In this document: piece by piece, positions 1 through 9,775 of the stretch | Layout: every line of letters starts with the position of its first letter | Numbering within the stretch: the stretch's first letter is position 1 | Source: Candidatus Poseidoniales archaeon | GTDB lineage: Archaea > Thermoplasmatota > Poseidoniia > Poseidoniales > Poseidoniaceae | Assembly: GCA_009887195.1 (NCBI GenBank) | Contig: QXXX01000087.1 | Span: 2,407 to 66,406, forward strand | Length of the DNA: 64,000 nucleotides | Direction: 5' to 3' | Program-made: the position numbers and the translations under genes | Notes under the pieces: generated by a model | The model's database searches: none | What the model was told of the DNA's origin: nothing | What the model saw: the letters and a program-made list of their open reading frames with translations, nothing else

Positions 1-1
1 A

Positions 2-370
2 GAAGGTCTGTATTATACCAAAGAACATGAATGGTTGAAGTTAGATGGTGACACTGTGACTATAGGGATAACAGACCATGCTCAACATGCGCTTACCGAC
101 ATTGTTTACATCGAACTTCCCGATAGCGGTATGGTAGTTGACGACATGGGAGAATTTGCTGTGGTTGAATCAGTAAAGTCTGCATCACCTATTTTTGCCC
201 CACTAAGCGGAGAAATTACTGAAGTGAATGAAGAATTAGAGGACACTCCAGAATTGATGAACACTAGCCCATATGGGGATGGTTGGATAATTAAAATGAC
301 GATCAATAATCCTGACCAACTTGCTAATCTAATGGATGCTGCTGCATACCGTGCTGAGATTGGCGAGTGA
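2..370 (+). CDS. gcvH: Glycine cleavage system protein H (N-terminus cut by window edge)
   Basis: Frame is open from nt 2 (EGLYYTKEHEWLKLDGDTVTIGITDHAQ), so the TTG at 35 in the ORF track is internal. Lipoyl-lysine motif VESVKSAS and GDGWIIK near the C-terminus are typical of GcvH. Confidence 0.9.
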   Translation, partial: EGLYYTKEHEWLKLDGDTVTIGITDHAQHALTDIVYIELPDSGMVVDDMGEFAVVESVKSASPIFAPLSGEITEVNEELEDTPELMNTSPYGDGWIIKMTINNPDQLANLMDAAAYRAEIGE

Positions 371-918
371 ATAAATTGGCAACATTAAATGACCATTATG
401 CACTTTATGTAGATGGTTCATGTTTAGAAAACAGAGATGTTTCTGCTACAACTCCAGCTGCTTGGAGTTTAGTAATTGTTACTGGAGACAATGGTCTGGG
501 CAAAGGTAGTGGAGAAATTCTCGAGGAAACTTGGGGCCCTGTAATCACTGATTCCTCTGACTCTGCGTTCATAGGGGCGGAAGTTGGATCAAACAATACC
601 GCAGAATTAACCGCCATTGCTGAAGCATTACGGTGGTTACTGATTGACGGGGGCAATCGGCCGGCAATTGTCCATACAGATTCTCAATATGCTGGTAATT
701 TAGCAACTGGTAATTGGAAAGCCAAAGCAAACAAAGAGTTAGTGGCTATGGTTCAGAAATTGTGGCGAGAAGTGAGCGCTCTGCGCGAACTTAACTGGAG
801 TCATGTAAGGGCACATAGAGGACACCGATGGAATGAAAGAGCAGACCACCTAGCAAACCGGTGCGTCAATAATCAAGCTCCAATGCCGTTGTCATTTTGG
901 AAGCCTGGCCAAAGATAA
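367..918 (+). CDS. rnhA: Ribonuclease HI (type 1 RNase H)
   Basis: Catalytic DEDD set in the expected contexts: LYVDGSC, TNNTAELTAI, VHTDSQY, WNERADHLA. The GTG start overlaps the gcvH TGA (GTGA at 367-370); an in-frame TTG at 376 is an alternative start. Confidence 0.85.
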   Translation: MNKLATLNDHYALYVDGSCLENRDVSATTPAAWSLVIVTGDNGLGKGSGEILEETWGPVITDSSDSAFIGAEVGSNNTAELTAIAEALRWLLIDGGNRPAIVHTDSQYAGNLATGNWKAKANKELVAMVQKLWREVSALRELNWSHVRAHRGHRWNERADHLANRCVNNQAPMPLSFWKPGQR

Positions 919-919
919 A

Positions 920-1783
920 TCATTTCAGCCTATCAGTAAGCCAGGTTTTTAACTCAGATGAGTAATCTAAATTGCGTAGACCATAATCGATTTGGGCTTT
1001 AAGCCAACTTAGCGGGTTGCCAGAATCATACCATTGATATTCACTCAAGTCAACTGCAACATATCCAATCGATTCCATCCAATACTTTTGCAACTCTATG
1101 GTTTGCATCTCACCATAATCATCTACACTAAACACATTGGTAAGCAGATCTAGTGAATTCTCAGCAAAGATATAACGCCCACACAAGACTTTGTTTGAGG
1201 GGGCATCTGGCTGATTTGGTTTTTCAACAACCTCGGTAATTCTATCATTGTCTAATCTAACTACTCCATAATTTACCACTTCTAAGTCAGGTAGTGCATA
1301 TATTCCAGCACAAGGTAAACTAAATTCTTCATAAGCCATCACTAGTTTTTTTGAGGCATCTGATGGCTTAAAATTGGTAATACTAGAAAAATCTCGCGTG
1401 ATAATATTATCTCCTAAAAGAACGATAAATGGTCCGTTAATTGCCGTAAGAGATTGCATTAAAGCATGACCTAACCCCAGTGGTTCATTTTGAACGTGGA
1501 TGTGAAATTCAAGACCATTAAATGGCGAAAATAGTGCCTCGCTTATTTCTGGACGTAATTCTAAGTAAAGACCATTATTTTGAAAAAAGTTGTCAAAGTT
1601 TTTCTTTGGTGAGGTAATTATATGAATTCTTGATGCTCCGGCATTCGCTGCTTCAAGTACTAAATGAATCAACGCTGGTACATCAACTAACGGCAATGCT
1701 TCTTTTGGTAGATAAGCACTTGTTGGCAACATTCGACTTCCCAATCCGCCCGCAACAATAACTGCATCTTTAACCACGCTCAT
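920..1783 (-). CDS. UTP--glucose-1-phosphate uridylyltransferase-like sugar nucleotidyltransferase
   Basis: AVIVAGGLGSRMLP..PKEALPLVD N-terminal NTP-binding loop, EPLGLGHA, VEKP..APSN..CGRY blocks as in GalU. Start trimmed to the ATG at 1783 (MSVVKDAVIVAGG); the track ORF extends to 1816. Confidence 0.75.
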   Translation of the reverse strand: MSVVKDAVIVAGGLGSRMLPTSAYLPKEALPLVDVPALIHLVLEAANAGASRIHIITSPKKNFDNFFQNNGLYLELRPEISEALFSPFNGLEFHIHVQNEPLGLGHALMQSLTAINGPFIVLLGDNIITRDFSSITNFKPSDASKKLVMAYEEFSLPCAGIYALPDLEVVNYGVVRLDNDRITEVVEKPNQPDAPSNKVLCGRYIFAENSLDLLTNVFSVDDYGEMQTIELQKYWMESIGYVAVDLSEYQWYDSGNPLSWLKAQIDYGLRNLDYSSELKTWLTDRLK

Positions 1784-1834
1784 ATAGAATCCCAAAGGGT
1801 ACAACCTTTCAAGCATAACCCAACATGCGTTGTC

Positions 1835-2254
1835 ATGGCGAATAACCCTGAGTGGCGGTGGTATACACTTGCTGGTTTACTGATGGTGATCCAAACTCTG
1901 TTTGATTTTGCACCTGCTGGCCCGTGGAATGCTCCATCATTCACCAGAGGTTTAGTCGGCCTTGTAGGATTGTGCTGTATCTATCTTGGCTGGTTTCGGT
2001 TTACCTTCAAATCAAATGGCATTATCCCTTCTATTAATCGATGGCAAACTCCTAAGGAGAGTTGGAAAAAAGTGCTAGTTTTTTCAATCTCATGTTTTGT
2101 TATCGTTGGAATCCTACAACTAAATGAGATTAAAGATTCTCTACCAGATACTGCTGGGATGATTGTTATGTTAATTGGGTGTTTGAGTATGCTAAATTCA
2201 ATTTACGTTGGTTTGGTAATATCTGGGCCACTAAATGAAGCAGAAGAAGAATAA
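1835..2254 (+). CDS. Hypothetical membrane protein (about 4 TM)
   Basis: 139-aa ORF with several hydrophobic stretches and an acidic C-terminus. No recognisable motif. Confidence 0.5.
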   Translation: MANNPEWRWYTLAGLLMVIQTLFDFAPAGPWNAPSFTRGLVGLVGLCCIYLGWFRFTFKSNGIIPSINRWQTPKESWKKVLVFSISCFVIVGILQLNEIKDSLPDTAGMIVMLIGCLSMLNSIYVGLVISGPLNEAEEE

Positions 2255-3742
2255 TCAATCTAGGAAACCTAGTTCCTGATCAAGGGTTTCTAATGCATCA
2301 TCAAGAGATGGTAGATTATCAGGGGCTTGTTTAGTACTGATATGTTGTGTCTTGGGCTCTGATCGAGGAATCTCCCCATTGCCAGATAACCAATCAAGCC
2401 ATATTTCTGATGAGTGCTCTTTTCGTGCATTCATCAGTTGCCATAGCGGCTTTAAATCACAATTTTCAGCTGACAAATCAGTGAGTCTAGCGGCAAATTT
2501 ATCGGGAGATATATCAACCATTTTGACAAGTAACTCTCGCATCCTTGTACGTACAACTTCGTCGCCATCCTGCCATAACAGCGGGAGTAGTTTTCTGCTG
2601 TCATCTGGAAATGTTTCAAAATAATCTCTTAGTGAAGGCACTATATTTCTCCTAACAACTGGCAGTTCATGCTTACTTAATTCTAATAGATTTTCGGCCC
2701 ACAAATCAACATCTAAAAATCTTAAATCTGCGGATGTGTTGCTAACTGCAGCCAATACATCAGGGTCTTTGTCCGCTTTTAGTTGATTATAGAAAGGTAA
2801 AGCGTCAACTGTTAATCTTCTAAACAACCTAGTCAGAACATCGGCCATTGACCTTCTAATCATTAAATCGTCTCTCGCCATTAATAATTTAGCCAATTCG
2901 AGGCCTTTATCCTTATCATAATCAATTATCTTTGCTAAACATCGAGAAACCTGTACTGCTACTTGTTCATCTTCATCATTAGCTCTTCTACCCAAAATTT
3001 CGAGTAACTGTAAGGGTTCGATTAATTCTGGCCTTTCAAGCAATAATCTAATCCATTCAATCAATAATCTTCTACGGTCGACATTACTGGTTTCTAGTTC
3101 ATTTAGTGTCCATCTCGCTGCTTCAATACCTGTTTTATGGGCCATAACTCCAGTGATACGTGGAACTACTGCTTGTGGGTTCCAGTCAATATTTTGAGGA
3201 CCTGCCTCAGGTTGGGTGTGCCAAGATCCTGGACGTTCCCCAATTGCTATGGACTCCAACATATGATATCCTTGATGTATCGGTTGGCCAAGTGGGCCAT
3301 TTGATAAGCCATTTAGTAAGGCAATACTGAGCCACCATCGTGTTATGTCTGGAGCAGATGGGTCCAGTGCTTGAGCTAACCAGTCATTATTAATTAGAAA
3401 AATTAGTCTCTCAGCAACCATATTGCTGCGTTTCGCCAACCATTTTTGATGAGTTTTATACGGGTCGTCAGTTAAGTTCATTCTATGTGGTACTACCAAC
3501 TCTACAACAATGTTTAATTTGTGTTGAAACATTCCATGATCTATATTCAACAACGCTAGTCCTTGTTCGATTAATTCTTGAGGGGATAGCGGATGAACTG
3601 GAGGGAAGTCAGGGTCAATTATTGGTGGCTGAGGAAGTGGCCATGACTTTGTCCCTAGCTCCATTGCCTCAACAAGTAACGTCGCTACTTTTTCAAACAC
3701 AACCTGAGATAACTCAGATCGACTTTTAGTCATTAATATCAA
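2255..3742 (-). CDS. Hypothetical protein with C-terminal HEAT/PBS-lyase-like repeats
   Basis: Repeated D.D..VR/helix-turn-helix-like units (DEDEQVAVQVSRCLAKI, DKDPDVLAAVSN, HELPVVRRNIVPSL, DGDEVVRTRMRELLVKM). Starts 14 nt after the TFB stop on the same strand. Confidence 0.55.
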   Translation of the reverse strand: MILMTKSRSELSQVVFEKVATLLVEAMELGTKSWPLPQPPIIDPDFPPVHPLSPQELIEQGLALLNIDHGMFQHKLNIVVELVVPHRMNLTDDPYKTHQKWLAKRSNMVAERLIFLINNDWLAQALDPSAPDITRWWLSIALLNGLSNGPLGQPIHQGYHMLESIAIGERPGSWHTQPEAGPQNIDWNPQAVVPRITGVMAHKTGIEAARWTLNELETSNVDRRRLLIEWIRLLLERPELIEPLQLLEILGRRANDEDEQVAVQVSRCLAKIIDYDKDKGLELAKLLMARDDLMIRRSMADVLTRLFRRLTVDALPFYNQLKADKDPDVLAAVSNTSADLRFLDVDLWAENLLELSKHELPVVRRNIVPSLRDYFETFPDDSRKLLPLLWQDGDEVVRTRMRELLVKMVDISPDKFAARLTDLSAENCDLKPLWQLMNARKEHSSEIWLDWLSGNGEIPRSEPKTQHISTKQAPDNLPSLDDALETLDQELGFLD

Positions 3743-3756
3743 CCTATTTTGGCGAA

Positions 3757-4683
3757 TCAGATGTCAAGTTCGATATTCAGATTTTGGATTAATTCCTTGT
3801 ATCTGTTACGAATTGTTACTTCGGTTACTCCAGCAACTTCGGCAACTTCTCGCTGAGTTCTCCTCTTACCGCACAAAACTGAAGCGATGTAGATAATTGA
3901 TGCCGCGATCCCTGTTGGCCCTCGTCCGCTGGTTAGTTCCTTTTCTTGGGCAGCTTTGATCAATTCGTAGGCTTTTGCTTCAACTTCAGCATCCAATCCA
4001 AGACCTGAACAAAATCTCGAAATATAATCTTCCGGCCCTGTAGGCATAATCTTCATTTTTAGTTCTCTTACCATGAATCTGTAGGTTCGACCTATCTCTT
4101 TTCGACCAGTTCTAGACGCTTGTCCAATCTCGTCAAGGGTTCTTGGAACTCCACATTGCCTGCATGCAGCATACAATGATGCTGCTGCTACGCCTTCAAT
4201 AGAGCGGCCTCTAATCAATCGCTTATCGACAGCTTTCTTGTAGTTAACAGCCGCTGCTTCTCTAACAGACTTTGGCAATTCTAGTCGGCTAGCCATTCGG
4301 TCTAGTTCAGCCAGAGCCATTGCTAGGTTTCTTTCAGTTGCATTGGAAACTCGGCTTCTTTTCTGCCACTTTCGCATTCGATAAAATTGAGAACGATATC
4401 TTGAGTTGATGGTTTTTCCAGAATAATCCTTGTTTTGCCAATCAATGTCTGTAGAGAGACCTTTGTCGTGGAGCATTACTGTCATTGGTGCACCGGTTCT
4501 TGCTCTTTGGTCACCTTGTTCTGGAGAGAAAACTCTCCATTCAGCACCTTGGTCAATTACATTATCTTCTAGAACTAATCCACAATCCTCGCAGACTACT
4601 TCTCCTCTAGTCTCGTCACGAGTCAAACTTCTACTTCCACAATCGCTGCATTTTACAATATCTTCAACTTGTTGTTCATCCAT
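3757..4683 (-). CDS. tfb: Transcription initiation factor IIB (TFB)
   Basis: N-terminal Zn ribbon CSDCGS...[22 protein letters not shown]-linker, and two cyclin-fold repeats ([12 protein letters not shown]..., [15 protein letters not shown]). Confidence 0.95.
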   Translation of the reverse strand: MDEQQVEDIVKCSDCGSRSLTRDETRGEVVCEDCGLVLEDNVIDQGAEWRVFSPEQGDQRARTGAPMTVMLHDKGLSTDIDWQNKDYSGKTINSRYRSQFYRMRKWQKRSRVSNATERNLAMALAELDRMASRLELPKSVREAAAVNYKKAVDKRLIRGRSIEGVAAASLYAACRQCGVPRTLDEIGQASRTGRKEIGRTYRFMVRELKMKIMPTGPEDYISRFCSGLGLDAEVEAKAYELIKAAQEKELTSGRGPTGIAASIIYIASVLCGKRRTQREVAEVAGVTEVTIRNRYKELIQNLNIELDI

Positions 4684-4698
4684 TTTCCATACCCCCCC

Positions 4699-4710
4699 TA
4701 TAATAAAATT
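4699..4710 (-). promoter_or_regulatory. Candidate TATA box for tfb (short or no leader)
   Basis: The minus strand reads AATTTTATTATA, 15-27 nt upstream of the tfb ATG (4683). The spacing suggests a TSS at or very near the start codon. No experimental support. Confidence 0.35.
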
Positions 4711-4868
4711 AGGGCAATACTCTTAACCCCTATCGCAAGGTTATATGAAACTTATGTTGTAATATTGGTAATCGTTTTTGCCACGGCTCACTCTAGATTT
4801 CTAAAATACACACTCCCCGTCATATACTTTTTCACAAATTTAGACGAACGATTATACCAACAAGTCCC

Positions 4869-6875
4869 TTGCCCGAAACGATTGGAATGGTTGTCGCGGC
4901 GTTACACAGACCAATTGCACTCACACCGGGGAAACGGGTTTTGTTTCTCACCAAGGATATGGAACTAATTAAACAACAACTTTACCATGGCCTAAATTTG
5001 CAGATGAAGGATATCAATCCCGAGGATTTACTTGACGACATCAACACTGACGTAATGACTCCTGCTTGGGTTTGTTTTGATCACGACCCCGCCGAAATTG
5101 CCAAAAACGCCTATGCTGGATTAAAACACAATGGTCTACGTGTATTCAATGAGAATGCACTGATTAACGGAGACTTTGAGGTCATAGTATCTGGTCAAAG
5201 AAAGGGCACTGGCTCTAGTAGAGAAACTGCAGCACAGTGTGAGCGTTGGGCAGGCATAAGAATAGTTATAGCTGCGTCATTTGCTCCAATACACGAAAGA
5301 AATAATATCAATCTTGGCCAATTAATGGGCGATTATAACATGCTACAGCGCCTCCAAGATGGAGAGGCATTACCCCTTGCCAAATTCACTGAAAAATACG
5401 ATGCTGTCACAAGAATAATTATCGAAAAGGGTGGGCTATTTCCATTTGCCAAGTCACTAAAAAATAATGAAATCCAACTCCCTGAAATGGATACAGAAAA
5501 TAGACCTATGACTATGGCTGAGAAAATAATTGCTCGTAACCTAGTTGGGCAAAAGCCCAACCAATGTGTCAAACCTGATGACCCGGTGATTACTCAAGTA
5601 CAAAGTGGATACTCACACGAGTTCACCACTGCTCAAGTTCATACATTCCTTGCCCAAGAATACGGTGATGAGTATTCCTTGCCAAACCCTAGCAAATTTG
5701 CGGTCTTTGAAGACCATCTGCTGTATGCACATCACAATCCCAAATTTGTACCTTTTATGGATAAGGTACAAACCTTGCGAGACTTACAAAAAGCCTTCCA
5801 GAGCCACACTGGAGTTAGAGATTATTCAGCAGTCGATGGAGTCTCTCCAGGCATTTGTCATCAAGTGGCGCGTGAAGAATTTATTGAAGTAGGGGATTTT
5901 GTTCAAGCAACAGATTCCCACACGTGTATGGGGGGAGCGTCTAATGCTCTAACATGGGGCGTTGGGGCTACAGAGTACTCTAATTTGATTAGTTCAGGAT
6001 TTACTTTCGTAAAAGTTCCAGAGTCAATAAGGTTTGAATTGTCTGGAATGCTTAATCCCGGTTGTACGGCAAAGGATGTGATTCTTCACATTCTTGCTGA
6101 CCATGCAAGAGAAGAGTTGACCTTGAACAGATCAATGGAATTTGGCGGCCCTGGGCTGTCAAGCCTTTCGATTGATGAGCGGGCAACGTTATGCAATATG
6201 GCAACTGAATGTTCGGCGAGAACTGGAATCTGCGAACCTGATGAAAAATTGTATGATTGGATGAAGCGCTCAATGCCACACCTTGAACTGCAGCAAATGA
6301 GACAAAACGCAGTTAATCCTGACCAAGGAGCAGAATATACCGGGGGCGTCCACCATATTGACTTGTCCAAAATCGAGCCAATGGTAGCACATCCAGGCAA
6401 TCCTGACAAAGGTGTGCCCAGTGATCCAACCAACGGTGCATTAATTTCTGAAATTGGTGAAGTTAAGATTGACATCGCTTACGGCGGGTCATGTACTGCG
6501 GGTAAAGAAGATGATATTGCGTACTATGCGCTAGTCTGTCAGGCCGCTGATGATTTGGGACTTATTGTCGCTGATGGAGTTGAATTTTTCATTCAATATG
6601 GTTCTGGTTTGGTCAAGGATTTAGCGGTTAGAAAAGGATGGCATGAGTTATTTGAAAAGGTTGGAGTCAAGTTAATCGATCCGGGTTGCGGCGCATGTAT
6701 TGGTGCTGGACCTGGTGTGTCAATAAATCCTGAACAAATCACCGTTTCGGCTATCAATCGTAACTTTCAAGGTCGCTCTGGCCCAGGTAAATTGTATTTG
6801 GCAAGCCCCTTGACAGTCGCCACATCTGCTTTCACGGGCAAAATTACCTCTTGGACAAGCAACTTGTTTGAATGA
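4869..6875 (+). CDS. Aconitase-superfamily hydro-lyase, LeuD-like swivel domain fused N-terminal to a LeuC-like catalytic domain
   Basis: aa about 20-200: DDINTDVMTPA and GTGSSRETAA (small-subunit/swivel motifs). aa about 214-668: MTMAEKII start typical of LeuC, DSHTCMGG, GGSCTAGKEDD, PGCGACIG (three Fe-S Cys ligands). Start uncertain (TTG 4869 or ATG 4887). Confidence 0.75.
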   Translation: MPETIGMVVAALHRPIALTPGKRVLFLTKDMELIKQQLYHGLNLQMKDINPEDLLDDINTDVMTPAWVCFDHDPAEIAKNAYAGLKHNGLRVFNENALINGDFEVIVSGQRKGTGSSRETAAQCERWAGIRIVIAASFAPIHERNNINLGQLMGDYNMLQRLQDGEALPLAKFTEKYDAVTRIIIEKGGLFPFAKSLKNNEIQLPEMDTENRPMTMAEKIIARNLVGQKPNQCVKPDDPVITQVQSGYSHEFTTAQVHTFLAQEYGDEYSLPNPSKFAVFEDHLLYAHHNPKFVPFMDKVQTLRDLQKAFQSHTGVRDYSAVDGVSPGICHQVAREEFIEVGDFVQATDSHTCMGGASNALTWGVGATEYSNLISSGFTFVKVPESIRFELSGMLNPGCTAKDVILHILADHAREELTLNRSMEFGGPGLSSLSIDERATLCNMATECSARTGICEPDEKLYDWMKRSMPHLELQQMRQNAVNPDQGAEYTGGVHHIDLSKIEPMVAHPGNPDKGVPSDPTNGALISEIGEVKIDIAYGGSCTAGKEDDIAYYALVCQAADDLGLIVADGVEFFIQYGSGLVKDLAVRKGWHELFEKVGVKLIDPGCGACIGAGPGVSINPEQITVSAINRNFQGRSGPGKLYLASPLTVATSAFTGKITSWTSNLFE

Positions 6876-7579
6876 TAATTATGAAGAAAAGTACCAGCCT
6901 TATTGCTGCATTAATCGTAATTACTGGCATCGCTATTACAATTTCTTTGACCCAAGTTTTAATTTCCTTGTTTATTGATTACCTCACATGGTTTTCAGAT
7001 AATGAATTATATGGTATGATAATTTTTATTTTGTTGTACATAGTTTTTGGCATAATTGCCTTACCGGCTAGCTTTCATAAATATCTTGCAGGAGTAATCT
7101 ATGGCTTTGGACCTGGTATACTGATTGCCTATATCGGCTCTATGCTAGGGGCAATAGCCCCGTTTTTACTTGGTAAGAAATGGATGAATCCATACGCTAG
7201 AAAAGCACTTGCTAATTATCCCACTTTGAGTGGATTAGAACAAGAAATCGTTGACAGAGGCACCAACATAGTCGCTCTTACTCGAATTAGTTTGGTTATC
7301 CCCTATGGAGTATTAAATTACGCATATGGTGCAACAGAAGTAAAATTTAGAGATTATCTAATAGGTAATTTTGCGATGATTGTTCCTTCCATAATGTATG
7401 CATGGTGGGGTTCTCAAACAGTTATCACCAGTAATGGCATTGAAGCAACTGCAAAAACACCATTTGACATGCTAATCGTTGTACTATCCATTATTATCAC
7501 TATTTTTATGATTGTCAAAGGTAAACAAATCATGGATAACTTGGAACGTCAACAAACCAAAGGCCCGGTAATTGAGTGA
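6872..7579 (+). CDS. TVP38/TMEM64 (DedA-related, SNARE-associated) family membrane protein
   Basis: Multi-TM protein with the family-typical VLNYAYGATEVKFRDYLIG segment. ATG overlaps the upstream TGA (ATGA 6872-6875); alternative ATG at 6881. Confidence 0.6.
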   Translation: MIIMKKSTSLIAALIVITGIAITISLTQVLISLFIDYLTWFSDNELYGMIIFILLYIVFGIIALPASFHKYLAGVIYGFGPGILIAYIGSMLGAIAPFLLGKKWMNPYARKALANYPTLSGLEQEIVDRGTNIVALTRISLVIPYGVLNYAYGATEVKFRDYLIGNFAMIVPSIMYAWWGSQTVITSNGIEATAKTPFDMLIVVLSIIITIFMIVKGKQIMDNLERQQTKGPVIE

Positions 7580-7678
7580 TTTGCGGCGATTTTAGTGTTA
7601 GTTATTATGTACCGTCGGTAATCGAATTATTGTGTTGCTGGCCCGAGGTCATTCGGACCGAGGAGGACCAGAAACGGA

Positions 7679-9775
7679 GTGACAAAGATGTCAGGTATAG
7701 CACAAAAACTCGCGGCAAATCAGAAACAAGTAGCAATTTCAGAATTCTTTGAGAAGAATAAACACTTCCTTGGATTCGATTCTTTATCAAGATCTCTAAT
7801 TACTGCCGTAAAAGAGGCGGTAGACAATGCTCTTGACGCCTGTGAAGAAGCGCGTATTTTACCAACTATCAACGTACAAGTTACCAAGATTGACGCAAAA
7901 AAGGACATAATTGAGCTAAAAGTCGAAGATAATGGACCAGGGATTCCGCAAAAAAGCATTGAGAAAGTGTTTGGTCAACTGTTGTTTGGTTCTAGATTCC
8001 ATGCGATTAGACAATCGCGTGGGCAGCAAGGAATTGGAATTACTGGGGTTGTAATGTATAGCCAACTAACAACGGGAAAACCTACACATGTCAAATCAAA
8101 AATTGCTACTGAGGCTACTGCAGCGGTTGTTGATATCGGACTTGATACAAGAAAGAATAAAGCTACTAAGAGTAATTCAGGACGTGAAATCTGGGAGGAA
8201 GAAAATGGTGAAATAAAAAAGCATGGCTTAGAAGTAACCTGTCGAATGAAAGCCAAGTACCAGAAAGGTCGGCAGAGTGTCTGGCAATACCTACGTATGA
8301 CTAGCATTGTCAATCCACACGCTGAGATCACTTTTACTGACCCAGAAGGAGAAATCCATTTTTGGCCACGGGTAACAGAGAGACTACCAAGAAAAGTTGA
8401 ATCGATTAAGCCACATCCGCATGGGATTTTACTTGGACAACTGCAAAGAATGCTAAGTGAGTCAACGGATTCCAGAATGTCGGTATTTTTGCGAATGAAT
8501 TTCTCCGGAGTATCTGGTAGGGCTGCCAAAGAATTGTGTGCAGCGGCAGAGATTGAAGTTAATGTCAAACCAAAATCGATGAAGCCAGAACAAATGCGCT
8601 CACTTTTAGAAGCTTTTCAAGGTGAAAAAATGTTCAATGGGAAGCCGGTGAAACTACTTAATCCGCCAACTAATTGTCTATCACCAATTGAGGAAATGCT
8701 CATCAAAAAAGGTCTATCAAAAACAATTGATTCAAGATATGCGACAACTATGACTAGAGTACCAAATGTCTCTCTGGGCAACCCATACCAAGTGGAAGTT
8801 GGGCTTATTTTTGGTGGCAATATGGCAGCTGATAAGCCGGTTGAAGTGTTACGTTTTGCTAATAGAGTACCATTAATGTATCAACAAGGTGGATGTTTAC
8901 TCACAAAAGCGATTGAAAGTGTTGATTGGCGACAATATGGACTGGATCAACCAGGAGCAAAAGGAGTTCCAAAGGGTCCAGCAGCAATATTGGTTCACTT
9001 GGCGAGTACAAATGTTCAATTTACTTCAGAAGCAAAAGAAGCCCTTGCTGAGAATGGTGAAGTGATCGAAGAGGTCAGAAAAGCCATGCTGGAAATGGGC
9101 CGAGGTCTTAGAAAGCATCTAGAGAAGAAGAAAAAGATGGCAAAGACCAAAGAGAAATTCGAACTCATAAATGATATACTACCCGCCATTGCTAAAAAAT
9201 CTGCAGAGATTTTAGAGAGACCTATACCAAATTTATCTGGTTCCATCACCAAAATCATGTCTGCAGTAATATCTGAAAGTGAAACTGTATGGAATAAAGC
9301 AACCAAAATGACGGATGTATCTATCAAAATTTACAATTATACTGCTCGAGCAAGGGCTTACACAATCCTAGCAACTTGGCCAGAGAAATCTGGCGGGATA
9401 ATGAAAAATAATGTCTTTGGTGGAAGAAAAGAAGCAACCGGTGTTTGGGCATGGAAACTAGAAACTCTCCAGCCAGGAGAAAACCTGACTATTACTTTCA
9501 GCCTAGATGGGCTTGAAAAAGGTGATTGGACAGAAACAGATGTGTTTTATCGCGGTAGTCAAGAAATCATTGGCGCTTTGAAGATGGATGAAAAATACCT
9601 CGATGAAATCCGTAACCAAGAAAAGATTATGCTAGAGCTTGAAGCTAAATCAGAATCTGATTACATCGAGGCATCGCCAAACGAAGAAACTACGCAAAAT
9701 GTGGAAGAGACACAGCCGGAGCCTGCTGTTAAACCGCCGACCGGACAAGCCACGTTATTTGGAGGTGAACTTTGA
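7679..9775 (+). CDS. top6B: DNA topoisomerase VI subunit B
   Basis: ISEFFEKNKHFLGFD, GHKL ATPase Bergerat-fold motifs (EAVDNALDA, EDNGPGIP, GQQGIG), a transducer domain, and a long C-terminal extension with an acidic tail. Start GTG 7679 or ATG 7688 (GGAG 8 nt upstream). Confidence 0.95.
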   Translation: MTKMSGIAQKLAANQKQVAISEFFEKNKHFLGFDSLSRSLITAVKEAVDNALDACEEARILPTINVQVTKIDAKKDIIELKVEDNGPGIPQKSIEKVFGQLLFGSRFHAIRQSRGQQGIGITGVVMYSQLTTGKPTHVKSKIATEATAAVVDIGLDTRKNKATKSNSGREIWEEENGEIKKHGLEVTCRMKAKYQKGRQSVWQYLRMTSIVNPHAEITFTDPEGEIHFWPRVTERLPRKVESIKPHPHGILLGQLQRMLSESTDSRMSVFLRMNFSGVSGRAAKELCAAAEIEVNVKPKSMKPEQMRSLLEAFQGEKMFNGKPVKLLNPPTNCLSPIEEMLIKKGLSKTIDSRYATTMTRVPNVSLGNPYQVEVGLIFGGNMAADKPVEVLRFANRVPLMYQQGGCLLTKAIESVDWRQYGLDQPGAKGVPKGPAAILVHLASTNVQFTSEAKEALAENGEVIEEVRKAMLEMGRGLRKHLEKKKKMAKTKEKFELINDILPAIAKKSAEILERPIPNLSGSITKIMSAVISESETVWNKATKMTDVSIKIYNYTARARAYTILATWPEKSGGIMKNNVFGGRKEATGVWAWKLETLQPGENLTITFSLDGLEKGDWTETDVFYRGSQEIIGALKMDEKYLDEIRNQEKIMLELEAKSESDYIEASPNEETTQNVEETQPEPAVKPPTGQATLFGGEL

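Noticed and set aside
4669-4968. 99-aa + strand ORF spanning the tfb/aconitase-like intergenic region
   Set aside because: It overlaps the tfb start codon and the AT-rich divergent promoter region, then runs into the aconitase-like gene in another frame. It has no motif support.
7580-7678. Possible structured leader upstream of top6B (CCGAGG direct repeat, GGTC..GACC short stem)
   Set aside because: The stems are short and imperfect. The region is more simply a promoter plus Shine-Dalgarno sequence (AGGAGG at 7661-7666, GGAG at 7675-7678).
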